The notes: generated by a model from the sequence alone, not told the origin. Shown: positions 20,094 through 30,470, numbered from the stretch's first letter. The stretch is DNA of 64,000 bases from Spirochaetia bacterium (GCA_963675665.1 OY776510.1:4704001-4768000); one strand, 5' to 3'. Numbers and translations are program-made.

Positions 20094-21284
20094 TTATTTT
20101 GCCATCAGGTGGGCAACAGTCTTTTCAAGACCGTTCAGTGAAATATCAAACATGGTAAATATATCGTTGATAATCCCTATCGATTTGGTATATTGCCAGA
20201 GATAATCGGGGACCGGATTAAGCCAGACTGAGTGCCGGAACCCCTTTTCAAGGGCTTTCAGGTAAACAAGCCCGGGAGCCTCGGCTCTGTCTTCAGCATG
20301 AATTATTCCGTTTCGGTACAGCAGTTCATACGGCGACATGCTTGCATCGCCGACGATGATGAGCCTTGTTTCAGGATCGTATTTCATCATTTCTTCAATC
20401 CTGACGGGATGTTTGTATCGCGCCGGATCAGTCCAGACTTTATCGTAAATCGTATTGTGAAAATATACTACTTTCAGATCCTTGAAAAAACTGTTTGCAT
20501 GATCAAACAGTTTTTTCACGATATTGACGTACGGATCCATGGAAATCCCGCCGTTATCGATTGCCAGAACGACCTTCAGCCTGTCTTTAAGGCTCTGTCT
20601 GAAGACAATTTCAATCTCTCCGGCGTTCTTCATAGTGTTGTTTATAGTTTCTTCTATATCAATCCTGTCGCACGGTCCGTGAGGCACCATGTTCCTTAAT
20701 CGCTTCAGGGCCTCCATCATTGTAGACTCCGACAAAGGGCCTTCTGTATTATAATCCTTGAAACGCCGGTCCCCGGCAACCTTGATTGCGGACATTCTTG
20801 CTGATACTCCGCCGATTCTCATCCCGGAAGGGTGATACCCGGAGTGACCGGTAGGAGAAGTGCCTGAAGTGCCTATCCACTTGGTACCGAAATCATGCCG
20901 TTCTTTCTGATCATTCAGCCTGTCCTGGAAATACTGCAACAATTCTTCAGGCGTCATATTTTTGAGCATCATCTCGTCAATATCGAATTCCCTGGCGGCA
21001 TCGGCCGGATTTTCAAGCCATTTCGCAATAAGCGCGGCCATATGTTCATCAGGCGTAATCCCGTCGAACAGCGGTTCGTCGGCGCCTTCGAAATAAGCCA
21101 TAAAAAGCTGGTCATACATATCGAAATAACGTTCGCTTTTTATCAGGATACTTCGCGCCGAGACGTAAAGTTCATATACGGAATTGATAAGCCCCAGATA
21201 AAGGGCTTTCTGCAAAGTCATAAACGATTTCAGACTAACCGGAATACCGGCATTCCGCAGTTTTATGAAAAAGTCGGAAAACAT
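20094..21284 (-). CDS. VWA-domain (CoxE-like) protein, partner of the MoxR ATPase
   Basis: WIGTSGTSP.G, DNGG.SM MIDAS-like motif, VGDASMSPYEL, WLNP; ATG 21284. Confidence 0.85.
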   Translation of the reverse strand: MFSDFFIKLRNAGIPVSLKSFMTLQKALYLGLINSVYELYVSARSILIKSERYFDMYDQLFMAYFEGADEPLFDGITPDEHMAALIAKWLENPADAAREFDIDEMMLKNMTPEELLQYFQDRLNDQKERHDFGTKWIGTSGTSPTGHSGYHPSGMRIGGVSARMSAIKVAGDRRFKDYNTEGPLSESTMMEALKRLRNMVPHGPCDRIDIEETINNTMKNAGEIEIVFRQSLKDRLKVVLAIDNGGISMDPYVNIVKKLFDHANSFFKDLKVVYFHNTIYDKVWTDPARYKHPVRIEEMMKYDPETRLIIVGDASMSPYELLYRNGIIHAEDRAEAPGLVYLKALEKGFRHSVWLNPVPDYLWQYTKSIGIINDIFTMFDISLNGLEKTVAHLMAK

Positions 21285-21288
21285 CTGT

Positions 21289-22110
21289 TCAACCGCTGAA
21301 CCGCCTGGCTTTCTCCAGGTCCTCGCTGCGTTTGAATAAAATGCCCGGAAACGGAACCCGGCCTGCCGACAGTTCCCCGATATTGAACTCAGAATCAAGC
21401 TCGAGGGCCCTTATCCAGTTGATCAACTCTCTTGTTGCCGGTTTCTTCTCGATATCCTTTAGTTTGCGCAGGGAATAGAACATCCCGACAGCCTTTTCAG
21501 CAAGATGCTGTTCTATCCTCGGAAAATGAACATCGACTATTCTGCGCATAAGTTCATCATCCGGAAAGGCGATATGATGAAAATTGCAGCGACCCAGAAA
21601 CGGATCGGAGAGATCCTTCTTGCTGTTGGACGTTATAATAATAACCGGGCGCTTCCTGGCTTTAATTCTTTTATCAATCTCGGTGATATCGAATTCCATC
21701 TGGTCAAGAACGTCCAGCATATCGTCCTGGAAGTCCGTATCAGCCTTGTCAATTTCATCTATCAGCAGGACCTGTCTGGTTTCCGCGGTAAAGGCCTGTC
21801 CTATTTTCCCCATTTTTATGTATTCTTCGATATTGCTGACGTCCCTTTCGGAATCGCCGAACCTGGAATCATTAAGCCGCGTCAGCGTGTCATAATGATA
21901 AAGGGCATCGACAAGCTTCATACTGGATTTTACATTAAGGACAATAAGGTTCATGCCGAGCCCTGCTGCCACTGCATGTGCGAGTTGGGTCTTCCCTGTT
22001 CCGGGCTCTCCCTTCAGCAGCAGAGGCATTTCAAGAGCCATCGAAACATTTACTATTTGTGAAAGTTCTTCATCAAGAACATATGTGTTTGTACCTTTAA
22101 AATTAACCAT
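21289..22110 (-). CDS. MoxR/CoxD-type AAA+ ATPase
   Basis: GEPGTGKT, LLIDEIDKAD, IITSN, KKPATREL. Confidence 0.9.
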   Translation of the reverse strand: MVNFKGTNTYVLDEELSQIVNVSMALEMPLLLKGEPGTGKTQLAHAVAAGLGMNLIVLNVKSSMKLVDALYHYDTLTRLNDSRFGDSERDVSNIEEYIKMGKIGQAFTAETRQVLLIDEIDKADTDFQDDMLDVLDQMEFDITEIDKRIKARKRPVIIITSNSKKDLSDPFLGRCNFHHIAFPDDELMRRIVDVHFPRIEQHLAEKAVGMFYSLRKLKDIEKKPATRELINWIRALELDSEFNIGELSAGRVPFPGILFKRSEDLEKARRFSG

Positions 22111-22127
22111 ATCTATTCCAGGAAAAT

Positions 22128-23090
22128 TTATTTGTGGTTTCTCAGCTTTAACAGCTCGTTTGCCGTTTCCTCATCGGTTATCAGCGAGTTGATGTATTTC
22201 CCGTTGATCGCACCGAGGATCGGCAGGGCTTTTTCCTTGCCCGAGGTCACCCCGATACGCAGGGGTATTTTGCTCAGCTCTTCAAGCGAAATAGCCATAA
22301 CCCTGTCTGCAATGCTGCTTTTAACGACCTTTCCGTTAATATCATAATGCCTGCACAGAATATCGCCGACAGCTCCGGCCTGTTTCAGCTCCTGGTTTTC
22401 CTCTCTGGTTATTGAGCCCGTAACTACAAGCGATGCGGCATCACTGAAATCACCAATACCCACAAGGGCTTTGTTGCAGCTTCTGCCCAGCGTAAGGGCC
22501 TCATTTATGCTGAAGTCGCGAATCAGCGCTTTCTTAATATCAAGATGCGCTACAACGGCAGGAGTATTCAGCCAGATTCCGCGCGCGCTGAGTTTTGAAA
22601 CCATCAGTTCCATAACCTTTTGCGGCAGCAGTTCTCCGCCGGTATTCATTCCGCCCGAAAGCTGTACAACGGTCAGGTCCCTGTCGCGCACGGCCCTGAG
22701 AGCAGCCCCAACATGGTAAAGGTTCCGGCCCCAGGAACAGCCGATGACATCACCGTCGGTCAGGTTCTGTTCCAGAAACCCGGCGCAGGCAACACCGACA
22801 CCTTCACGGGTGTCTTCAGGACTTTCGCCCTGCGGAACAACCCTTACTGTCTCCAGCGAGAAGCTTTCTCTCAGCATCTCTTCGATTTCAAAACAGGTCC
22901 TGAATTTCCTGCTGATATTAATCTCGACAATACCTTCTTCCCTGGCCTGTGCCAGCAATCTGGTTACTTTTGTGCGCGAGAAATCAAGTTTCTTCGCAAT
23001 TTCTTCCTGCGTCAGCCCCTGAATGTAGTACATCCAGGCTATTCTGGCCAGAAGAGATATTTTTCTGTGTGAACTGGTTTTATCACTCAT
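22128..23090 (-). CDS. SorC/DeoR-family sugar-binding transcriptional regulator
   Basis: AWMYY..GLTQEEIA HTH, SWGR, GAVGDI, LITDE. Confidence 0.9.
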   Translation of the reverse strand: MSDKTSSHRKISLLARIAWMYYIQGLTQEEIAKKLDFSRTKVTRLLAQAREEGIVEINISRKFRTCFEIEEMLRESFSLETVRVVPQGESPEDTREGVGVACAGFLEQNLTDGDVIGCSWGRNLYHVGAALRAVRDRDLTVVQLSGGMNTGGELLPQKVMELMVSKLSARGIWLNTPAVVAHLDIKKALIRDFSINEALTLGRSCNKALVGIGDFSDAASLVVTGSITREENQELKQAGAVGDILCRHYDINGKVVKSSIADRVMAISLEELSKIPLRIGVTSGKEKALPILGAINGKYINSLITDEETANELLKLRNHK

Positions 23091-23185
23091 CGGTCTAACT
23101 TTAACGGGAAAATCCATTAATATCAACATAAAAATTGACATTTGTGCGCCGTTTAATATTACGCACAAACATTCAGCCTGACAGT

Positions 23186-24679
23186 TTAACGGTTAGCTGC
23201 ATCCAGCTTTATGGTCCATGCAAACGGCAGGCTTGAGACCGGGTAAATATACCCCATTTTATCGTTGTTAATGTCCATTATATAACCCGGAAACCCGAGC
23301 AGTTCATAATATGCATCAACCACAGCGCCCCCCGAGTTTCCGCTGCTGATCAGCGCGTCTGTTTTGATCAGTGTAAACTCTGCTGACGCCTCAAATCCGC
23401 TTACGTAACCGGAGGTAAATGTTATCGAGGTTCGGGAGCCCGTTCCGCCCACTTCAGGATAACCTATTATGCTTAAAGGCTGACCTATTCGCAGTTTAGA
23501 CGGATTTCCAAGGTTGAAATACGGAAACTCGTATCCGTAAGGCAGAGACTGTCCGTACCGGCCGGAATTGATCTTCAGCAATGCAAGATCGAGTTTCTCG
23601 TTGTAATCAACAACTTCAGCCGAAAAGACTTCGGCCGGCGGAAGATAATTGGAAAGCGAAACCGCCACATAGTTGTTTTCCGATGGGTTTCCGTCGGCGC
23701 CCTTTATAACGTGCCAGTTTGTTATTATATGCCCTTCTTTGCTGACAATACAGCCAGAACCCTTGCCGTTGTCTGAAATTATCTCTACTGTGGACATAAG
23801 TGCAGATTCCAGGCTGTCTCCCGGTTCGGGGAATACGGGAATGGTATTCAATAATTCCGGAGCCTTGTCGTCAAGCGTCAAAACAACCGAAAGCTCCTGC
23901 GGCATCTCTCTCGCAAGTTGATCAACAAAAGAGATATAATAACGCCCGGTAACAAGCCTGTTATTGGAATACCCCTTTACAATAAGGCTTTCACTGCCCA
24001 GCATGCTTTCAGCGGCATAAATTGCTTCATCCCGGCTTTTGGCGGGCGTACGCAGCGCGGCAAATATATCTACATCTGAATTGGTATCAAATACATCGAT
24101 TCTGAAAGCATCTGTGCCCGACGGTATATCGACAGCAGCAACCGCAAACATTCCGTTTTCCGGTTTCAGCATCATTTTACGGGGCTCGCCGGGCCTCAGC
24201 GTTGTTTCGGCCTCGGCTTTTATGATTTCAAAATTAATCGAGAATTCTATCTCTTCACTGGTTTTTCCGTTGATAATCGGCAGGTAATCATATTGATAAG
24301 CCGCAGCGATGTAGTAGATCCCGGTTTCCAAAGGGGCCCCGGATTGCCTGGATATGAAAAGATTTTCGTTGTAATTTTCGGTTTCGGAGAGATAATCAAC
24401 CACGGCAAAATCGTCAATCTTCGACCCCTTCTTGATAAAAAGGTCAAGATCAGCCGCTGCACCGCTTATGGATAATCGAACGGCATAGGCATTCTTGGGA
24501 ACCCGGAATGAGAACATTTTTGAAGGTATTCCGAAATCCTCGTTAAGTTCAATTACCGAATTCCTGGAAACACCATCCTTCAACTCTTCTACATTACCTG
24601 TTTTCGATGATTTCTCAGCTGATGCTGATACGGCAATCATCAAAAGACAGCAGACTGTCAACAGATTCTTCAATTTCAC
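23186..24679 (-). CDS. Secreted trypsin-like serine protease with two PPC-like domains
   Basis: TNWHV, DLALL, GNSGG triad; DLDLF/DVDIF repeats; GTG start with GAGGT SD. Confidence 0.85.
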   Translation of the reverse strand: MKLKNLLTVCCLLMIAVSASAEKSSKTGNVEELKDGVSRNSVIELNEDFGIPSKMFSFRVPKNAYAVRLSISGAAADLDLFIKKGSKIDDFAVVDYLSETENYNENLFISRQSGAPLETGIYYIAAAYQYDYLPIINGKTSEEIEFSINFEIIKAEAETTLRPGEPRKMMLKPENGMFAVAAVDIPSGTDAFRIDVFDTNSDVDIFAALRTPAKSRDEAIYAAESMLGSESLIVKGYSNNRLVTGRYYISFVDQLAREMPQELSVVLTLDDKAPELLNTIPVFPEPGDSLESALMSTVEIISDNGKGSGCIVSKEGHIITNWHVIKGADGNPSENNYVAVSLSNYLPPAEVFSAEVVDYNEKLDLALLKINSGRYGQSLPYGYEFPYFNLGNPSKLRIGQPLSIIGYPEVGGTGSRTSITFTSGYVSGFEASAEFTLIKTDALISSGNSGGAVVDAYYELLGFPGYIMDINNDKMGYIYPVSSLPFAWTIKLDAANR

Positions 24680-24721
24680 GTGCCAATACCTCGTGATTGA
24701 ATATAACACAAAACCGGTCTA

Positions 24722-24750
24722 TTGCCTATTATGATGATGAGATTTATACT
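24722..24750 (+). promoter_or_regulatory. Sigma70-type promoter of pepF
   Basis: TTGCCT-N17-TATACT. Confidence 0.65.
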
Positions 24751-24785
24751 CCAAAAACATTAACTGAAAAGAATCAGGAGTCATA

Positions 24786-26561
24786 ATGGATTTAAACAAC
24801 ATTCCGCTCTGGGACCTGACAGAAATCTTTACAGGTTTTGAAGATCCGGCTTATATCGAAATGTACAGACGCTTCAGCGATAACATATCCGGCCTGAACA
24901 GTATGATTGACGGGAAAAGCCTAAATGAAAAAAAGTTGTCGGAATTAATCGTAATATATAACGATACCTCTTCATTCTATGAGGAACTTCTCTCCTACGC
25001 TTACTGTATGTATACAACAGACACATCGAATCAGAAAGCCCTTGCAGAGATTAACCGCATAGAAGAAATTGCCGTCGGGTTCAGCACCATTCAGGTGAAG
25101 CTCAGAAACTATCTTGCCGCAACAACTGATCTTCAAAGCATCATCAACAGCAGCAGCTATCTTTCGCAGTTCAGGTTCTTTTTTGAAGAACAGCTTATGC
25201 TTCAAAAAAAACAGATGCCGGCGGAAATGGAGGAGCTGGCGTCTGATCTTGCACGCTCGGGGTCATCTTCCTGGGAGAGGCTTCACCAGACGCTGTCATC
25301 TTCAACACTCGTAACCTGGGATGAATCAACCGGCGAACAGAAAACAGCGATTGAGCTGCGCGCCATGGCGGACAATCCTGATGAGAAAATCAGGAAAAAA
25401 GCTTGGGAAAAGGAGCTCGAACTTTGGAAGAGCATTGAAGTTCCGCTGGCGTTTGCTCTTAACGGTGTGAAGGGAGCGAGTAATTCAGTAAATTCAAGAC
25501 GGAATTTCTCAACAACACTTGAACGCTCAACTTTCCAGGCCCGGATCAGCCGGCAGACACTCGATGCAATGATAAGCGTGATGAATGAATCGCTTCCGTT
25601 ATTCAGGCGGTACCTGAAACTTAAAGCAGGCTTTCTGGGAAAAGACAAGATAGCATTTTACGACCTCTTCGCACCCGTAGGCACAACAGGAAAGACCCGC
25701 ACGTATACGGAAGCAACAGACTTCATTATCAGGCAGTTCAGCGGTTTCAGTACGGAACTCGGAGAGTTTGCCCGCCGCGCGGTTGATAACAACTGGATAG
25801 ACGCCCGGCCGAGAAAAAATAAAGTCGGAGGAGCATACTGTACCGGCTTTAATTATTCGGGAGTCTCAAGAATACTCTGCAATTTCAACGGTTCTTTTAA
25901 CAGCCTTTCAACAATAGCGCATGAACTGGGGCATGCCTATCATAATGAAGTGCTGAAAGACGCACCTGAAATATACCGGGACTTTCCAATGACTCTGGCT
26001 GAAACAGCATCAATTTTCTGTGAAACGATAGTTCTTGAGGGGGCCCTGGAAACCACCGGAAGCGATGAGCAGATCAGCCTTATAGAACATGAACTTATGG
26101 AATCGACACAGATAATCGTGGACATTCTTTCACGCTTTGTATTCGAAAAAAATGTTTTCGAGCGCCGTCTGAACGGGGAATTATCTGCTGCCGATTTCTG
26201 CAATCTTATGATTGACGCGCAGAAACAGACATACGGCGATGCAATAGACGAAGAATGCATGCATCGGTACATGTGGGCAGTAAAGGGACATTATTATCAT
26301 CAGGAATTAGGGTACTACAATTTTCCCTACGCTTTCGGCAAGCTCTTCGGGCTTGGTCTGTACTCGCAATACAGAAGCCAGGGAAGTGATTTTACCGAAA
26401 AATACAGAAGTATTCTCTATATGACGGGAAATGCTTCTGCCGAGGATGTTACAAAATCAGCCGGATATGATATAACAACCGAAGACTTCTGGCGCAGCAG
26501 CATCAGCATGCTTAAAGCAAAAGTCGACAGGTTTGAACAGCTGTGCCTAAACAGGAAATAG
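24786..26561 (+). CDS. pepF: M3B oligoendopeptidase F
   Basis: WDL, GGAYC, HELGHAYH, LAETASIF, YNFPYAFG. Confidence 0.92.
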   Translation: MDLNNIPLWDLTEIFTGFEDPAYIEMYRRFSDNISGLNSMIDGKSLNEKKLSELIVIYNDTSSFYEELLSYAYCMYTTDTSNQKALAEINRIEEIAVGFSTIQVKLRNYLAATTDLQSIINSSSYLSQFRFFFEEQLMLQKKQMPAEMEELASDLARSGSSSWERLHQTLSSSTLVTWDESTGEQKTAIELRAMADNPDEKIRKKAWEKELELWKSIEVPLAFALNGVKGASNSVNSRRNFSTTLERSTFQARISRQTLDAMISVMNESLPLFRRYLKLKAGFLGKDKIAFYDLFAPVGTTGKTRTYTEATDFIIRQFSGFSTELGEFARRAVDNNWIDARPRKNKVGGAYCTGFNYSGVSRILCNFNGSFNSLSTIAHELGHAYHNEVLKDAPEIYRDFPMTLAETASIFCETIVLEGALETTGSDEQISLIEHELMESTQIIVDILSRFVFEKNVFERRLNGELSAADFCNLMIDAQKQTYGDAIDEECMHRYMWAVKGHYYHQELGYYNFPYAFGKLFGLGLYSQYRSQGSDFTEKYRSILYMTGNASAEDVTKSAGYDITTEDFWRSSISMLKAKVDRFEQLCLNRK

Positions 26562-26563
26562 AG

Positions 26564-27631
26564 ATGGAACAGATAAACAGAAAAAAGATAGGAATAATTA
26601 ATGCAGGAGCATGGGGGACTGCAATATCAAAGGTCCTCGGAGAAATCGGACATGAAGTCGAAATCTGGGAATATATGGAAGATGTGGTCAATGAGATCAA
26701 TTCGGAACATACAAACTCCAGGTATCTGCTGGGCGTCAGCCTTAACAGCAATATAACAGCAACTGGAGACTTGCTCAAAGCCGTCTCCGGCAAGGACTTC
26801 ATAATTGTGGCAACTCCGTCGCTCTACATCCTTGATATCGTGAAAAAAATAGTACCGGTTCAGGACATAATGGAAGGCAAACCGGTTATCGGAATATTAA
26901 CAAAAGGTTTTATAAAAAGTCCTAAAGGTCCTGTTCTGATCACCCGCGCCATGGAAGACTATCTTCCGGGATTCTATAAAGACGGGCTGGTATATATTTC
27001 CGGGCCGAGTCATGCCGAAGAGGTCTCCCGCGGGATACTCACTGGCCTGATCAGCGCCAGCAAGAACGGAATGAATTCAATCAGGTTCAGGGAACTGCTG
27101 AGCGGCGCAAACCTGATGGTCTACTCGTCACTGGACGTCGTTGGTGTTCAGACTTGCGGCGCAGTTAAAAACGTAATAGCAATTGCATACGGAATGCTTG
27201 ACGCGCTAAGCGAGATATCCTCCAACTTCGGCGATAATACCGAATCTCTGCTTCTTGCCGCCGGTCTGAATGAAATTCAACAGCTCGGAACAGCACTCGG
27301 TTCTGAATACCCCGAAACTTTTACAAGCATTGCCGGAGTCGGCGATTTGGATGTAACCTGCCGGTCAAAATTCGGGAGAAACCGGAAATTCGGGCGTGAA
27401 ATAGTAAGCGATCATAAAATTGCGGAGTTTAGGGATTCAGCCGACCTGATAGAAAACATAGACCGTATAGGTTACCTGCCGGAAGGTGCAATAGCTGCGA
27501 CTTATGTTAAACAGCTTATGGAGCAGTACAAGCTGAAACTGCCGATATGCGAGAGCGTTTACCGTATTCTCAACAAGGAAGATCAGCCGCTCGAAGCAGT
27601 CCGCGAAATGGTGAAGAAACTGCATATATAA
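26564..27631 (+). CDS. gpsA: NAD(P)H-dependent glycerol-3-phosphate dehydrogenase
   Basis: AGAWGTA, SGPSHAEEV, KNVIAIA.G, GVGDL.VTC. Confidence 0.93.
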   Translation: MEQINRKKIGIINAGAWGTAISKVLGEIGHEVEIWEYMEDVVNEINSEHTNSRYLLGVSLNSNITATGDLLKAVSGKDFIIVATPSLYILDIVKKIVPVQDIMEGKPVIGILTKGFIKSPKGPVLITRAMEDYLPGFYKDGLVYISGPSHAEEVSRGILTGLISASKNGMNSIRFRELLSGANLMVYSSLDVVGVQTCGAVKNVIAIAYGMLDALSEISSNFGDNTESLLLAAGLNEIQQLGTALGSEYPETFTSIAGVGDLDVTCRSKFGRNRKFGREIVSDHKIAEFRDSADLIENIDRIGYLPEGAIAATYVKQLMEQYKLKLPICESVYRILNKEDQPLEAVREMVKKLHI

Positions 27632-27644
27632 GGGATCCTGTAAG

Positions 27645-29006
27645 TTACTTTAAAACCCGGTTTTTCGACATCATTTTCAACCTTTGCATGTCTTCACGGG
27701 TAAAACCCTCCCACTCCATCGGGAAAAAACTGTTGTTATGGTAAAGAGGCTCTTCTGCCAACGGAAACCTGCATGAAGAAACACAGCGATCCCACATCGG
27801 AGATCCGGGGACAGGTGAAAATTCCGAAATCGAGAGCTGAAGACCTTCGCCGGCTGCAAACCTGATTGTTTCCTCAACCTCTTCCGCCCTCTGTTCCGGA
27901 AGCCCCGCAAGGATATAAACTATAACCTCATTTCTGCCGAACCCGGCATCAGAAAGCATTTTAACGGTATTATGAAACCCCCGTTCGCTGTATTTATTAT
28001 CATATTCGGAATGAAAATCAGGCGAAGAGCTTTCAAAACCAAGACGGACTTCGCGGAAACCGGCTTTTTTCATGAGTGAAGCCGTTTCGGCCGTCATATA
28101 GCGGATATGCATGGCGTTCGGGGTATAGAAGTTAATGCTGCGGCCTGTTGTTTCGAGATAATCTATAACCATATGAAGAAACGGAATAAAAACACTGTCG
28201 GATTTAAAAAGCAGGGCATCGTCATAAAATGCAAAATTTACAATGCCCCTGGTTTCGTTCATCATCTTCAGCCAGTTAAAAACCGGGACAGGATCACCCT
28301 CTTTAAACCCGGATATTCTGTTTGAAGCACAATACTCACAGCTGAGGGGACAGCCTTCATTCAATCTCAAAACTGCCGCTTCTTTCCAAAAACAAACATC
28401 AAGGGGCATAACAGGCGTTTCTCCGTTAAAGCCGGATATTGCCGGCAGCCCGCAGGAAGACAGCCAGCTATTCAGTAATCCACCGCCGCGTGACGCGGCA
28501 TTTCCCGCCAGGTTGTAATCCGGCCCGCAGACAGAATTACAATGTTCGGGCATCAGACTGGCATAGACCCCGCCTGTTACGACAGGAACATCCGGCCAGA
28601 TATCGCGAACAGCGCGGATCGTTTCCATTACACCCTTGTACCAGTAGGTCATTCCCGTTGAAATAAATACTGCATCGGGCCGTTTTTCTGAAATTTTCTG
28701 CCGCATAATCTCTGCCGGAATACCGTAACGAGCAAATCTGCGATTGACAGACCTTAAAGAAGAAGGACTGCTCACCGGGCAACGGTGAACTTTTCCGGTT
28801 CCGTCGGCAAACCTTTTTACTGCGCCAAGACATCTGACTGTTTCGGCATCGGTATAATCAAGCGCGTTTATTAAATTTATATTCCAGCCCCCGGCTTCAA
28901 GCAATGTTCCCAGCCTCAGCAGCCCGAAAGGCTTCAAAAATAAATCATACAGGGCAAAATCATACACCGGCGGATATATAAGAAGGGCTTCAGCGGAATT
29001 ATTCAT
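27645..29006 (-). CDS. B12-binding radical SAM protein
   Basis: GGVYAS cobalamin-domain motif, GCPLSCEYC, FYDDAL, GFES; ATG 29006 overlaps the GGDEF gene stop. Confidence 0.85.
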   Translation of the reverse strand: MNNSAEALLIYPPVYDFALYDLFLKPFGLLRLGTLLEAGGWNINLINALDYTDAETVRCLGAVKRFADGTGKVHRCPVSSPSSLRSVNRRFARYGIPAEIMRQKISEKRPDAVFISTGMTYWYKGVMETIRAVRDIWPDVPVVTGGVYASLMPEHCNSVCGPDYNLAGNAASRGGGLLNSWLSSCGLPAISGFNGETPVMPLDVCFWKEAAVLRLNEGCPLSCEYCASNRISGFKEGDPVPVFNWLKMMNETRGIVNFAFYDDALLFKSDSVFIPFLHMVIDYLETTGRSINFYTPNAMHIRYMTAETASLMKKAGFREVRLGFESSSPDFHSEYDNKYSERGFHNTVKMLSDAGFGRNEVIVYILAGLPEQRAEEVEETIRFAAGEGLQLSISEFSPVPGSPMWDRCVSSCRFPLAEEPLYHNNSFFPMEWEGFTREDMQRLKMMSKNRVLK

Positions 29007-30108
29007 CGTCCGGGAATTCGTACGGTTCAATAAAAGAAGATCTGTTGCGGCCGTTATTTTTGGATTTATATAATGCGGCATCAACCCGTTTCAGAAGATT
29101 GTCCTCTTCGGAGTATGCATCATCAAAGGTCGCAATTCCCAGGCTCACGGTAATCTTAAGAAGATTGTCCTGGTATAAGGTTTCCATTTCTTCGACGGCT
29201 GTTCTGATTCTTTCCGAAGCAATCCAGGCCGCCTTTCTGTCGGTATGGGGCAGAAGGACCATAAATTCTTCCCCTCCGAACCTCGAAAGAAGGTCTTCTT
29301 CCCTTAATACCTGTTTGAGTTTGGCAGCAAGCCTGAAAATTATTTCATCGCCTGCAAGATGACCGTATTTATCGTTAAGATCCTTGAATTTATCTATATC
29401 AAGCATTATAACCGAAAAGGGATTTCCGGTTCGTTTTGCACGGGCAGTCTCTTCTTCAACCCTGCGTACAAAAAAATTATGATTATACAGTCCCGTCTTG
29501 GGCTCGCGGACGGAATGCTCATAATGTATGTTATTCTGAATACCGATGGAGGTAAATTTTGTCAACCGGTCTATATAGGTTATTTCCTCTGCTGAATACT
29601 CCTGCCCGAGGACCTTCGGGCCGAACAGAATTATACCGTAGAGACCGGACAACCCTTTTACCGGAACAATTATTTCAGGATTATAAGGATTAAAGGGAGA
29701 AATCAGATCTATATTATTAATCTCACTTTCAAAAATCAGATAACTTGTGGTTCCGTTATACTTTTTAAAAAAGTTCTCGTATGGTTCAAGATTATTAATA
29801 TTAAGTTCCGATTCAATGTATTTAAGATTTCTGTATACAAAACTCTTTATTTTATTGATCATTATCCCTTGATTCAGGATAAAAATTAAACTGGACGGCA
29901 CAAATTTATCAGAAAGGCACTTGATTGTATAATTCACAAGCTCTTCAACTGATTCCTTCCTGAAGATTTCATAAGATTCGGCTATCAGTCTTTTGAGATT
30001 GATATTCTCAATTTTGATATTACTGTTGTATTCAAGAATCCCTGTTTCTTTAAGCAAATCGTAGTTTTCAATAACCCTGGGGTCCTGAAGAATCGCATCC
30101 CATTGCAT
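28999..30108 (-). CDS. Diguanylate cyclase (GAF-like domain plus GGEEF)
   Basis: DIDKFK..ND.YGH..GD, RxxD I-site (REED), GGEEF. Confidence 0.92.
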   Translation of the reverse strand: MQWDAILQDPRVIENYDLLKETGILEYNSNIKIENINLKRLIAESYEIFRKESVEELVNYTIKCLSDKFVPSSLIFILNQGIMINKIKSFVYRNLKYIESELNINNLEPYENFFKKYNGTTSYLIFESEINNIDLISPFNPYNPEIIVPVKGLSGLYGIILFGPKVLGQEYSAEEITYIDRLTKFTSIGIQNNIHYEHSVREPKTGLYNHNFFVRRVEEETARAKRTGNPFSVIMLDIDKFKDLNDKYGHLAGDEIIFRLAAKLKQVLREEDLLSRFGGEEFMVLLPHTDRKAAWIASERIRTAVEEMETLYQDNLLKITVSLGIATFDDAYSEEDNLLKRVDAALYKSKNNGRNRSSFIEPYEFPDDE

Positions 30109-30193
30109 GCGGATAAGATTAAAATAAATTCACCTCAAAAACAAGTTACATTATCTCTCATTTTAAAAAAATATAAAGTTTTCAAGAATTTAC

Positions 30194-30221
30194 TTGCATT
30201 TTCACGATTCTGGTTTAGAAT
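30194..30221 (+). promoter_or_regulatory. Sigma70-type promoter with AT-rich UP region, about 290 nt upstream of the next annotated CDS
   Basis: TTGCAT-N16-TAGAAT. Confidence 0.55.
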
Positions 30222-30227
30222 AAATAA

Positions 30228-30369
30228 TCATTGTAAATGGGGAAGCAATTCTTTGAGAGATAATTCATTAAATATTTATTACTCAGGTTGATTAAAAGAG
30301 GAGATGTTTGATTGCGTCCGGAGGTTGAGGTTGATTAAAAAAGGATGCGTTTGAACAAGGAGGCCATTT
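30228..30369 (+). ncRNA. Candidate GGA/SD-rich small RNA or structured leader
   Basis: Repeated GGA/GGAGG motifs, a 27-nt direct repeat, and ends AAATGG/CCATTT that are complementary. Confidence 0.35.
30285..30354. repeat. Imperfect 27-nt direct repeat, period 43
   Basis: AGGTTGATTAAAAGAGGAGATGTTTGA (30285-30311) vs AGGTTGATTAAAAAAGGATGCGTTTGA (30328-30354); 23/27 identical. Confidence 0.85.
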
Positions 30370-30470
30370 AAAAAAAAAGCCCCTCAGGGGAAAGGAGGTA
30401 GTAAAACCCTGAGGGGAACATCTAAAAAAAAGGAGGTTAATGAAAAAAACTCCACGCTTCATAAATAGGA
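30370..30470 (-). ncRNA. Candidate anti-Shine-Dalgarno small RNA ending in an intrinsic terminator
   Basis: Two ACCUCCUUU motifs; hairpin CCCCUCAGGG-loop-CCCUGAGGGG followed by C and U9; no minus-strand gene ends here. Confidence 0.5.

Noticed and set aside
20094-22110. MoxR-VWA pair as a novel or defence system
   Set aside because: Well-known CoxD/CoxE-like chaperone pair with no associated effector genes here.
30285-30354. Mini-CRISPR interpretation of the 27-nt repeat
   Set aside because: Only two imperfect copies, a 16-nt spacer and no cas genes.
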